A stretch of DNA of 64,000 nt from an uncultured Prevotellaceae bacterium (GTDB taxonomy: Bacteria > Bacteroidota > Bacteroidia > Bacteroidales > Bacteroidaceae): the NCBI GenBank assembly GCA_946415705.1, contig CAMKTN010000004.1, forward strand, positions 20,102-84,101. The letters run 5' to 3'. Both the position numbers and the translations under genes were made by a program. Of this stretch, positions 35,051 to 43,344 are shown piece by piece (the first letter of the stretch is position 1; every line of letters begins with the position of its first letter). A model generated the notes under the pieces. It saw nothing but the letters and a program-made list of their open reading frames with translations, had not been told where the DNA came from and did not search any database.

Positions 35051-35979
35051 AAGTACTGTTTGTAGGTAGCGGCAATCATGCCAAAATATCCCCGATTATC
35101 AAGGCACAGGGGGATTCCCTTGTCAAAGCCGGGGTTGATGTCGATTACTTCCTGGTCAAAGGAAAAGGCATCAAAGGCTATTTGAAGCAGATCGGTCCGC
35201 TGCGTAGGTATTGCAAGGAACACCATTTTGATGTTGTTCATGCACATTATTCCCTGTCTGCCTACGTGGCATCCCTTGCTGGCGTTAAGCCTTTGGTGGT
35301 GTCGTTGATGGGAAGCGACGTAAAAGCCACAGGCTGGCATGGCCGGGCCGTTCGTCTGTTTTGTAGGTTGTTCCGTTGGAAAGACATTATAGTCAAGTCT
35401 AAAGACATGGCTGAGGCTGTGCGGCTGACAGACGCTCATATCATTCCCAATGGGGTGGATATGGATTTGTTCGTTCCGAAGTCTCAGCAGGCTTGTCGCC
35501 AGAGTCTTGGATGGAAGGAAGGGACACGACATATCTTGTTCCCTGCTGATCCGAATCGTTTTGAGAAAGATTTTCCTTTGGCCCAGGAGGCGATTCAGCT
35601 GTTGGACAATGAAGTCGCAATCCATGTGTTCCAACAGGTAGAACACAAAGAAACCGTTCTCCATTATAATGCGGCAGATGTAGTCCTATTAACCAGTAAA
35701 TGGGAAGGCAGTCCTAATGCTGTCAAAGAAGCATTAGCCTGCAACCGCCCGATCGTATGCACCAATGTGGGTGATGTGAAGGAACGATTGTCAGGAGTGG
35801 AGGGCTGCTATGTTGTGGAATCACGCAGTCCTAAAGACTTGGCTGACGCCATCAGTATGGCCTTTGAGTATAAAGAGTGTTCTGGTGGGCGTGATGCCCT
35901 TAAGGCCGCCGGTCTCGGAAGTTGTCAGATAGCCGACCAAATAATATCTATATATAAGCAAATTCAGGAAAAGCCATGA
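35047..35979 (+). CDS. Family 4 (GT-B) glycosyltransferase
   Basis: The MKVLFVGSG start overlaps the upstream stop (ATGA). C-terminal ADVVLLTSKWEGSPNAVKEALACNRPIV is an E-x7-E-type motif. Confidence 0.8.
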   Translation: MKVLFVGSGNHAKISPIIKAQGDSLVKAGVDVDYFLVKGKGIKGYLKQIGPLRRYCKEHHFDVVHAHYSLSAYVASLAGVKPLVVSLMGSDVKATGWHGRAVRLFCRLFRWKDIIVKSKDMAEAVRLTDAHIIPNGVDMDLFVPKSQQACRQSLGWKEGTRHILFPADPNRFEKDFPLAQEAIQLLDNEVAIHVFQQVEHKETVLHYNAADVVLLTSKWEGSPNAVKEALACNRPIVCTNVGDVKERLSGVEGCYVVESRSPKDLADAISMAFEYKECSGGRDALKAAGLGSCQIADQIISIYKQIQEKP

Positions 35980-37076
35980 GAGTGCTGTTTTCCCTTAATC
36001 ATCCTGCTCATTACCACATGTTCAAGCGTTTGGTAAAGATGCTACAGGAGGATGGGCATGAGACGGAATATGTCATCTGCAACAAGGATGTATTAGAAGA
36101 CTTGCTGAAGAGCGACGGTGTTCCATATATTAAATTGCAACAACGTCGTCATCGTAAGTCAAGCGCTCTGTCTGTGATGATAAATGGTGTCGTTGACATG
36201 CTGGAAAAGGATTGGCTGCTCATGAAATATGTCGGCCACCATCGTCCGGACATCATGATCGGAACGGACCTCTGCATCGGGCATGTCGGGCTATTGAAAC
36301 ATATCCCGTCTTTATTCTTTAACGAAGACGACTACGAAATCAATAAGGCGGCTTGCCTGTTGTCTTATCCTTTCGTCTCAGGTGTTGTTTCTCCAGATGT
36401 CTGCAATGTGGGGCGCTCTTTTGAGCGGAAGAAAATACCATATCGCGGTTATCAGAAGTTGGCCTACATCCATCCGAAGTATTTTACTGCAGACTACCAA
36501 CTTGTAAGAAAATACATCGGTGATGTGGACACATATTATATATTGCGACTTGTCAGCTTGACCGCCGGGCATGATATATCCGGCAAGCACCAGGGGATTG
36601 ATAATGATTTGTTAGACCGCCTTATCACATTGTTGGAGTCAAGGGGTAAAGTGCTCATCTCCAGTGAACGGCCATTGGCGGAAAAATATCAGAAATACCA
36701 ACTAAACGCTCCTGCGTCATGCATGCATCATCTGATGCAGTTTGCCACGTTGTTTATAGCCGACAGCCAATCAATGTGTTTTGAAGCAGGCTTAATGGGA
36801 GTGCCATACATTCGTTTCAATGATTTTGTAGGGAAGATAAGTGTGCTCAACCAGGTAGAGAACGAGTATCAATTAGGCTACGGAGTGAGGACTTGTGATG
36901 CAGCCAAATTGCTACAGTTGGCAGACGACCTTACGTGTACCCCTAACCTCAAAGAACAATGGAGACAGAAGAAAGAGCGTCTTTTCCAGGATAAGATAGA
37001 TGTCAACCTCTTCTGGAAGTGGCTAATAGAGAATTACCCTCAAAGCAGGAAGAATTTACAAGATTATAAAGAATAA
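35976..37076 (+). CDS. DUF354-like protein (GT-B-like fold, function unknown)
   Basis: 366 aa. The N-terminus MRVLFSLNHPAHYHMFKRLVKMLQEDGHE resembles DUF354 family starts. ATGA overlap with the upstream gene. Confidence 0.55.
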   Translation: MRVLFSLNHPAHYHMFKRLVKMLQEDGHETEYVICNKDVLEDLLKSDGVPYIKLQQRRHRKSSALSVMINGVVDMLEKDWLLMKYVGHHRPDIMIGTDLCIGHVGLLKHIPSLFFNEDDYEINKAACLLSYPFVSGVVSPDVCNVGRSFERKKIPYRGYQKLAYIHPKYFTADYQLVRKYIGDVDTYYILRLVSLTAGHDISGKHQGIDNDLLDRLITLLESRGKVLISSERPLAEKYQKYQLNAPASCMHHLMQFATLFIADSQSMCFEAGLMGVPYIRFNDFVGKISVLNQVENEYQLGYGVRTCDAAKLLQLADDLTCTPNLKEQWRQKKERLFQDKIDVNLFWKWLIENYPQSRKNLQDYKE

Positions 37077-37080
37077 ACAA

Positions 37081-38214
37081 ATGGAACAGAAAGTATGTTC
37101 ACGTTGTGTGATGGACACGACGGTTTCGGATATATGGTTTGCCGAAGACGGCGAATGTAAGTATTGTAAGATTCATGATGAAATGGAACGTCGCCATCCT
37201 CTGAATGAAGGAGAGGCGAAACTGAAATCCATTATCGAGGCTATCAAGCGGAGTGGGAAAGGCAAGAAATACGATTGCGTATGTGGCTTGAGCGGTGGCC
37301 GCGACAGCTCTTACACCCTTCTGAAAGCCGTTGAATTCGGATTGCGCCCGCTTGTCGTGAGCATAGATAATGGCTGGGGAACGGCTATTGCCGAAGAGAA
37401 TATAGAGAATGCTTGTCGGATACTGAACCTCGAAGTGATATGGGTGAAATTCGATTGGGAGGAATACAAGGACCTCCAGCGGTCATTCTTCTTCGCTTCT
37501 GTTCCGGATGTGGATTCTCCGTCAGATTTTGCCATCTATGCACAGCTGTCGAAAACGGCTAAGGAACATGGTATTAAGTATATCCTGAACGGACATAGTT
37601 TCCGTACAGAAGGCAGTTCCCCGATCAGCTGGTCATATTTCGACCCTGTATATATCAAGGATGTTCAGAGACGCTTTGGGAAAATCAAGTATGATAATAT
37701 CCGCACCATTGCGAGGATGACACCCTGGGATTTGGTGAAGCGCACGTTTATTCATCGGATTAAGGAGATTCGCATTCTTGAGTACATGGACTACCGCAAG
37801 CCAGAGGTGGATAAGATCCTGAAGGAAAAGTTGGGCTGGAAGGATTATGGCGGGCATCATCATGAGAACAAGTTCACGCATTTTGTCCAGTCCTATTACC
37901 TGCCGCTGAAATTCAACATTGATAAGCGTAAGACGGAACTGTCTGCACAGATTCGCAGCGGACATATCTCTAAGAAAGAGGCTGAGGCGGTACTTTCACG
38001 TCCATACTCATACGATTCTGCCATCGTGGACGAAGTGATTGCCCGCCTTGGATTCACCAAAGTGGAATTTGAAGCAATCATGCAGGCTCCTAATAAGAGT
38101 TATAAGGATTATAAGACGCTACAGCCTGTATATAAGTTATTGCGCTTCCCAATCAATGTGGCAACACATTTGGGATTCCTGCCACGAATCCTCTATCTGA
38201 AGTATTGCAAATAA
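37081..38214 (+). CDS. N-acetyl sugar amidotransferase (PP-loop ATP pyrophosphatase, WbpG/WbuX type)
   Basis: CSRCVMDTTVSDIWFAEDGECKYC zinc-ribbon start and the PP-loop CGLSGGRDSS. Confidence 0.8.
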   Translation: MEQKVCSRCVMDTTVSDIWFAEDGECKYCKIHDEMERRHPLNEGEAKLKSIIEAIKRSGKGKKYDCVCGLSGGRDSSYTLLKAVEFGLRPLVVSIDNGWGTAIAEENIENACRILNLEVIWVKFDWEEYKDLQRSFFFASVPDVDSPSDFAIYAQLSKTAKEHGIKYILNGHSFRTEGSSPISWSYFDPVYIKDVQRRFGKIKYDNIRTIARMTPWDLVKRTFIHRIKEIRILEYMDYRKPEVDKILKEKLGWKDYGGHHHENKFTHFVQSYYLPLKFNIDKRKTELSAQIRSGHISKKEAEAVLSRPYSYDSAIVDEVIARLGFTKVEFEAIMQAPNKSYKDYKTLQPVYKLLRFPINVATHLGFLPRILYLKYCK

Positions 38215-38215
38215 C

Positions 38216-39361
38216 ATGATGAAGATACTGACTGTGATAGGGGCACGCCCCCAAATCATCAAGGCCGCTGCCATATCAAGGGCGGTGAGGAATGTCTTTT
38301 CTGATGTTCTTCAGGAGAAGATTCTGCATACAGGCCAGCACTACGACCAGAACATGTCGCAGGTGTTCATTGATGAGTTGGGGATTCCTCAACCGGACTA
38401 TAACCTTGGTGTCGGCTCCGGCTCTCATGGCGAGCAGACAGCCAAGATGATAGCAGGTATAGAGAACGTGCTGACATCGGAACATTTCGATGGCATCCTG
38501 CTTTACGGTGACACCAATTCCACTTTGGCCGGAGCGGTGGCTGCCTCCAAGATACATGTACCCATCTTTCATGTGGAAGCCGGTCTTCGTTCGTTCAATA
38601 TGTCGATGCCGGAAGAAATCAACCGTATCGTCTGCGACCAGTTGGCATCCATCCTCTTCCCGCCGACAGAGACTGGAATAAAGAATCTGAAGGCCGAAGG
38701 TTTCATGGAGTCGAAAGCCAAGTTCAAGAATGGGAAATCCCGAATGGTGGTGAACAGCGGCGACGTGATGTACGACAACAGTCTCTTCTTTTCCCGGCTC
38801 TCTCAGCAGAGATGTGATATCATAGACAGACTTGGCCTGACGAAGGACGGTTATGTATTAGCTACTATCCACCGTGACAATAACACGGATGACAAGCAGC
38901 GGCTGACAAACATCTTTACCGCTCTCCTTGACATTACAGAGCGTGATGGGATTGACATCGTGCTTCCACTTCATCCAAGAACAAAGAAGCTGGTGCCTGT
39001 AAACTTAGAGCCTGCTGTCTTTGCACGGCTGCAATCATCGGAGAGGGTGAGACTGATACCGCCTGCATCGTTCTTCGAGATCATTGAACTGGAACGGAAT
39101 GCACGTGTAGTGATGACCGACAGCGGTGGTGTCCAGAAAGAAGCTTTCTTCTTCGAGCGCCCTTGTGTGATACTCAGACCGGAGACAGAATGGGTGGAAA
39201 TCGTGGAACATGGTGCCGGCATCATAGCGGATGCTGACTATGACCGGATTACACGTGCCTACAGTCAATTGACAGGCAAGACGGTTAACTTCCCCCAATT
39301 GTTCGGTGACGGTAAAGCAGCCGAGCATATCCTGACAGCTATTGTGAATTACTTGCAATAA
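38216..39361 (+). CDS. wecB: UDP-N-acetylglucosamine-type 2-epimerase, non-hydrolysing (WecB/WbpI family)
   Basis: KILTVIGARPQIIK, HTGQHYD, GDTNSTLAGA, HVEAGLRS, PEEINR, MTDSGGVQKEA. Confidence 0.9.
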   Translation: MMKILTVIGARPQIIKAAAISRAVRNVFSDVLQEKILHTGQHYDQNMSQVFIDELGIPQPDYNLGVGSGSHGEQTAKMIAGIENVLTSEHFDGILLYGDTNSTLAGAVAASKIHVPIFHVEAGLRSFNMSMPEEINRIVCDQLASILFPPTETGIKNLKAEGFMESKAKFKNGKSRMVVNSGDVMYDNSLFFSRLSQQRCDIIDRLGLTKDGYVLATIHRDNNTDDKQRLTNIFTALLDITERDGIDIVLPLHPRTKKLVPVNLEPAVFARLQSSERVRLIPPASFFEIIELERNARVVMTDSGGVQKEAFFFERPCVILRPETEWVEIVEHGAGIIADADYDRITRAYSQLTGKTVNFPQLFGDGKAAEHILTAIVNYLQ

Positions 39362-39370
39362 TCATCTTTC

Positions 39371-42334
39371 GTGAAGCTCTTTACTGATAACCTCCATAAA
39401 ATCGCCTACGCCACCGATGCCTCCGTGTATCGGGAGATACCCTATGGGGTAGCCTATCCCGAGACGGAAGAGGACATTCGGGAGTTGATGGCGCTGGCAC
39501 GGGAGAAGGGCGTTGACCTGATTCCGCGAGCTGGCGGTACGTCGATTGCCGGTCAGGTGGTGGGCAGTGGTATCGTGGCAGACATCAGTAAGCACTGGAA
39601 CAGGATTTTGGAGATCAATGCCGAGGAACGATGGGCGAGGATACAGCCAGGCGTTGTGCGCGATGAGCTGAATATGGCCTTGAAACCCTACGGCCTGTTC
39701 TTCAGTCCGGAGACTTCCACGAGCAATCGCTGTTGCATCGGTGGTATGTTCGGCAACAACAGCTGCGGCACCCACTCGTTGGTCTATGGCAGCACGCGGC
39801 ATCATGTCATCGCCTGCAAGGGATTACTGACCGACGGGACATCGTTTGATACCCAGCGAATAGACGAACCTGGCTATCGTGAGTCGAGACCATTATTGAA
39901 CGCTGTGTTGTCTCAGTTGGAGAGATGGGCGTCAGACGACAAGACTCGAGCATTAATAGAAGCTCACTTTCCGGACAAGGAGTTGCAACGCCGCAGTTGC
40001 GGCTATGCCATTGATGAGGCGATAGAAAGCCTCACCCCCAACCCCTCTCCAAAGGGCGAGGGGAGTATTAACCTCTGCAAGTTGTTGGCGGGGAGTGAGG
40101 GGACGTTGGCGTTCATTACAGAGATGACTGTAAACCTCGACCCATTGCCGCCCAAGGAGGTGATGGTGGTATGCGGCCATTGTGATGCCATGGAGAAGAG
40201 TTTCGAGGCCAATCTGGTTGCCTTGGGACATCAACCTACAGCCATAGAACTGATTGACGGGGAGATTCTTGAACTGAGCAAGAATAATACTTCTTTCAAT
40301 TCTCAATTCTCAATTTTCAATTTTGAAAGTCCTGCCGCACTTTTTATCACAGAACTGAGGGCAGAGACCCGAGCCGAGCTTGACGAAAAGGCCGATGCGC
40401 TGGAGAAAGACCTGCTCCAGAGCGGACTTATATATAAATGTACGCGCGCGTATGGAGCGGATGTCAGTAAGGTCTGGAACCTACGCAAAGCGGGGCTCGG
40501 GATTCTTAGCGGCATGAAAGGTGATGCCAAACCGATGGGCGTCATCGAGGATACTGCTGTCGCAGCACGCAGGATGCCTGCCTACATGAAGGACTTCCGT
40601 GAGATGCTGGATAGGTTAGGCGCGAAGTGTGTGTTCTACGGACATATCAGCACGGGCGAACTGCATCTGCGACCCATCCTCAATCTCAAGACGCGTGAGG
40701 GACGTGAGCTCTTCCGCACCATCGCCTACGAGACAGCCCTGTTGGTGAAGAAACACCGAGGCAGTATCAGCGGTGAACACGGCGACGGCCGTCTGCGTGG
40801 TGAGTTCATTCCTCTTCTCTATGGCTCGGAATGCTACGAGCTGATGCGTCAGCTGAAACAATGTTGGGATCCGCACGGACTGCTGAACCGCCATAAGATT
40901 GTCGATACGCTGCCCATGGACTCCATGCTACGCTTCGATGAAGACCAGCAGTATGACATAGATAAGAGATTAAAGATTAGAGATAAGAGATTAGAGATTA
41001 GAGATAAGACATACTTCAACTGGAAGGCCGCATTTGACGAGTGTACGGCACCCGGAGCTACGGGGGCGAAGTCGCAGACCCATGCGTTGATGTGTACCAT
41101 CGAACAATGCAACGGCGCTGGCGATTGCCGGAAGTCGAACCTCATGGGCGGTACTTTATGCCCCGCCTTTAAGGTCAGTGGCGACGAACTGAACAGCACG
41201 CGCGCTAGGGCCAATGTCCTTCGAGAAGTGTTGACAAAGGGGGGCGATTGGGCAGCCGTCAAGGAAATGTTGGACACCTGCTTAGCCTGCAAAGGCTGTC
41301 GTGGAGAGTGTCCGTCGAATGTGGATATGACCCGTCTGAGGGCAGAGCTGCTACAGCACTATTACGACCAGCATGGCACACCGATGCGCTCTTGGATGGT
41401 AGCAAGGACCGCCCAGCTGGAAGCAATTTGCCATTACATTCGTCCGCTATATAATTTCTTCGTTACGTGGAAACCTACTTCGGCTGTCATCAAGAAGGTG
41501 ATAGGGTTTGCTCCTGAGAGAGCTTTACCCCAACTGCGGAAATGGAAGGACGTGACATTGCCTGCTGAGGGCCATCAAAAAGTGTGGTTTTTCTTAGATG
41601 AATTTACCTGTAACCACGAGCCTGAATTGGGCGAGACCTTTATCCGTTTGCTGACCTCCTTGGGATATGCTGTGCGTCTGCCCAGACACAAGGAAAGTGG
41701 TCGGACCGCCATTTCAAAAGGTTGTCTGAAACGTGCCAAACAATTGGCCGAACGGAATGTCCGGATGTTGAAGGATATCGTAATGGACGAAGCACCCTTG
41801 GTGGGTGTCGAACCATCGTGCATACTCTCTTTCCGCGACGAATATCCAGACTTGGTGCCAGCGGAAATGAGAGAGAAGGCAAAGGATTTGGGTCGTCGCA
41901 GTCTGCTGTTCGATGAGTTCCTGCTACAGGAAATCAAGGTTGGTAGGATCAGCCGCGATCGTTTTGAACAAACGCCCATCGAAATCTTCCTGCACGGCCA
42001 CTGCCATCAGAAGGCATTGGTGGGTGTAGAGGTGATGGCAGAGGTGTTGCGCAGTCTGCTCAACGCTACCGTTCACGTGATTCCCAGCGGCTGCTGCGGC
42101 ATGGCGGGGTCGTTCGGTTATGAGAAAGAGCACTACAAGACATCCTTGGCCATTGGCGAGATGATCCTCTTCCCTGCCATTAGGAAAGCGACTCTCAGAC
42201 CTCAGACATCCGACCTCAGACCTCCCACTTACGTGCTCGCGCCCGGCACCTCCTGTCGCCAGCAGATTCTCGACGGCACAGGTGTCCACGCCGTACATCC
42301 CATTGAAATACTCTTCAAATACCTGAAATACTGA
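39371..42334 (+). CDS. FAD-binding plus Fe-S/CCG-domain dehydrogenase (GlcD-GlcF fusion, YdiJ-like architecture)
   Basis: 987 aa with a GTG start. IPRAGGTSIAGQ (FAD_binding_4), SGEHGDGRLR (FAD-oxidase C-terminal domain), CNGAGDCRK and CLACKGCRGECP clusters, and two CCG-type regions (HGHCHQKA..., SGCCGMAGSFGYE). Carries four in-frame repeat insertions. Confidence 0.85.
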   Translation: MKLFTDNLHKIAYATDASVYREIPYGVAYPETEEDIRELMALAREKGVDLIPRAGGTSIAGQVVGSGIVADISKHWNRILEINAEERWARIQPGVVRDELNMALKPYGLFFSPETSTSNRCCIGGMFGNNSCGTHSLVYGSTRHHVIACKGLLTDGTSFDTQRIDEPGYRESRPLLNAVLSQLERWASDDKTRALIEAHFPDKELQRRSCGYAIDEAIESLTPNPSPKGEGSINLCKLLAGSEGTLAFITEMTVNLDPLPPKEVMVVCGHCDAMEKSFEANLVALGHQPTAIELIDGEILELSKNNTSFNSQFSIFNFESPAALFITELRAETRAELDEKADALEKDLLQSGLIYKCTRAYGADVSKVWNLRKAGLGILSGMKGDAKPMGVIEDTAVAARRMPAYMKDFREMLDRLGAKCVFYGHISTGELHLRPILNLKTREGRELFRTIAYETALLVKKHRGSISGEHGDGRLRGEFIPLLYGSECYELMRQLKQCWDPHGLLNRHKIVDTLPMDSMLRFDEDQQYDIDKRLKIRDKRLEIRDKTYFNWKAAFDECTAPGATGAKSQTHALMCTIEQCNGAGDCRKSNLMGGTLCPAFKVSGDELNSTRARANVLREVLTKGGDWAAVKEMLDTCLACKGCRGECPSNVDMTRLRAELLQHYYDQHGTPMRSWMVARTAQLEAICHYIRPLYNFFVTWKPTSAVIKKVIGFAPERALPQLRKWKDVTLPAEGHQKVWFFLDEFTCNHEPELGETFIRLLTSLGYAVRLPRHKESGRTAISKGCLKRAKQLAERNVRMLKDIVMDEAPLVGVEPSCILSFRDEYPDLVPAEMREKAKDLGRRSLLFDEFLLQEIKVGRISRDRFEQTPIEIFLHGHCHQKALVGVEVMAEVLRSLLNATVHVIPSGCCGMAGSFGYEKEHYKTSLAIGEMILFPAIRKATLRPQTSDLRPPTYVLAPGTSCRQQILDGTGVHAVHPIEILFKYLKY
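40030..40065. repeat. GC-rich hairpin element in frame within the FAD/Fe-S dehydrogenase
   Basis: cctcacccccaacccctctccaaagggcgaggggag encodes LTPNPSPKGEGS. Same family as 6411, 7347 and 14774. Confidence 0.8.
40291..40326. repeat. 8-nt tandem array (TCTCAATT / TTTCAATT) in frame within the FAD/Fe-S dehydrogenase
   Basis: ttctttcaattctcaattctcaattttcaattttga encodes SFNSQFSIFNFE. Same unit as the prmC arrays. Confidence 0.85.
40958..41010. repeat. 8-9-nt tandem array (AGATTAGAG / AGATAAGAG) in frame within the FAD/Fe-S dehydrogenase
   Basis: atagataagagattaaagattagagataagagattagagattagagataagac encodes IDKRLKIRDKRLEIRDKT. Confidence 0.85.
42192..42226. repeat. Short 8-nt tandem array (CTCAGACC-type) in frame near the dehydrogenase C-terminus
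   Basis: ctctcagacctcagacatccgacctcagacctccc encodes LRPQTSDLRPP. Confidence 0.7.
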
Positions 42335-42343
42335 TTAACCATT

Positions 42344-43342
42344 ATGAGACAAAAGAAAATGGAAAAGAAAAACTTTGCACTGATTGGTGCTGCGGGCTAC
42401 ATTGCACCGCGCCACATCAAAGCCATTGCCGACACGGGCAACAACCTGATGGCCGCCTATGACAAATTCGATAGCGTTGGCCGTCTGGACAGCTCCTTCC
42501 CCGACTGTGAATTCTTCACCGAGAACGAGCAGTTCGACCGTTTCTGCTCCAAGCAGATGCGCAAGCCCGATCCCCTGCATTTCACCTCCATCTGTACCCC
42601 GAACTACACGCACGATGCCTTCATCCGTTATGGCCTGCGCTTGGGCACGGATGTCATCTGCGAGAAGCCGCTGGTCTTGAACCCCTGGAACATCGACAAC
42701 CTCGTGGAGATGGAGGAAGAGACGGGTCATAAGGCTTACACCATCCTGCAATTGCGCCTGCACGATGCCATCGTGGCGCTGAAGAAGAAAGTCGATGAGG
42801 GTCCTCAGGATAAGGTCTATGATGTGGATCTGACCTATATCACCTCCCGTGGAAAGTGGTACTATATCTCCTGGAAGGGTGATATCCGCAAGAGCGGCGG
42901 TGTAGCCACCAATATCGGTGTTCACTTCTATGACATGCTGCAATGGGTGTTCGGTCCCGTGAAGCGCAACGTGGTGCATGTGATGAGCTTTGACCGTGTA
43001 GGTGGTTATCTCGAATTGGAGAAGGCTCGTGTGCGTTACTTCCTGAGCATCAATGCCGAATGTCTTCCCCCTAATGCTGTTCAAGGCGAGAAGAAGACCT
43101 ATCGCACTTTGAACATCGATGGCGACGAGTTTGAGTTCAGCCAGGGTTTCACCGAGCTGCACACCAAGAGCTACGAGAAGATTCTGGCCGGCGAGGGCTT
43201 CCGCATCAGTGAGGCACGTCCCAGCATCGAAATCGTCAGCGATATCCGCAACTCATCACCTATCGGACTGAAGGGCGACTACCACCCGCTGTGTAAGATG
43301 CCGTTGGCCGCTCACCCGTTCGGATGGGATGATAAGAGATAA
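42344..43342 (+). CDS. Gfo/Idh/MocA oxidoreductase, WbpB-like UDP-GlcNAcA 3-dehydrogenase
   Basis: NFALIGAAGYIAPRHIKAI, ICTPNYTH, VICEKPLV, LTYITSRGKWYYISWKGDIRKSGGVATNIGVHFYDML and TELHTKSYEKILAGEGF closely follow my recollection of P. aeruginosa WbpB. Confidence 0.8.
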   Translation: MRQKKMEKKNFALIGAAGYIAPRHIKAIADTGNNLMAAYDKFDSVGRLDSSFPDCEFFTENEQFDRFCSKQMRKPDPLHFTSICTPNYTHDAFIRYGLRLGTDVICEKPLVLNPWNIDNLVEMEEETGHKAYTILQLRLHDAIVALKKKVDEGPQDKVYDVDLTYITSRGKWYYISWKGDIRKSGGVATNIGVHFYDMLQWVFGPVKRNVVHVMSFDRVGGYLELEKARVRYFLSINAECLPPNAVQGEKKTYRTLNIDGDEFEFSQGFTELHTKSYEKILAGEGFRISEARPSIEIVSDIRNSSPIGLKGDYHPLCKMPLAAHPFGWDDKR

Positions 43343-43344
43343 CG

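Noticed and set aside
34978-35664. 228-aa minus-strand ORF opposite the epimerase/GT4 junction
   Set aside because: It spans two well-supported plus-strand genes and has no recognisable domain.
42335-43162. 275-aa minus-strand ORF opposite the WbpB-like gene
   Set aside because: Antisense shadow. The plus-strand protein matches WbpB motifs along its whole length.
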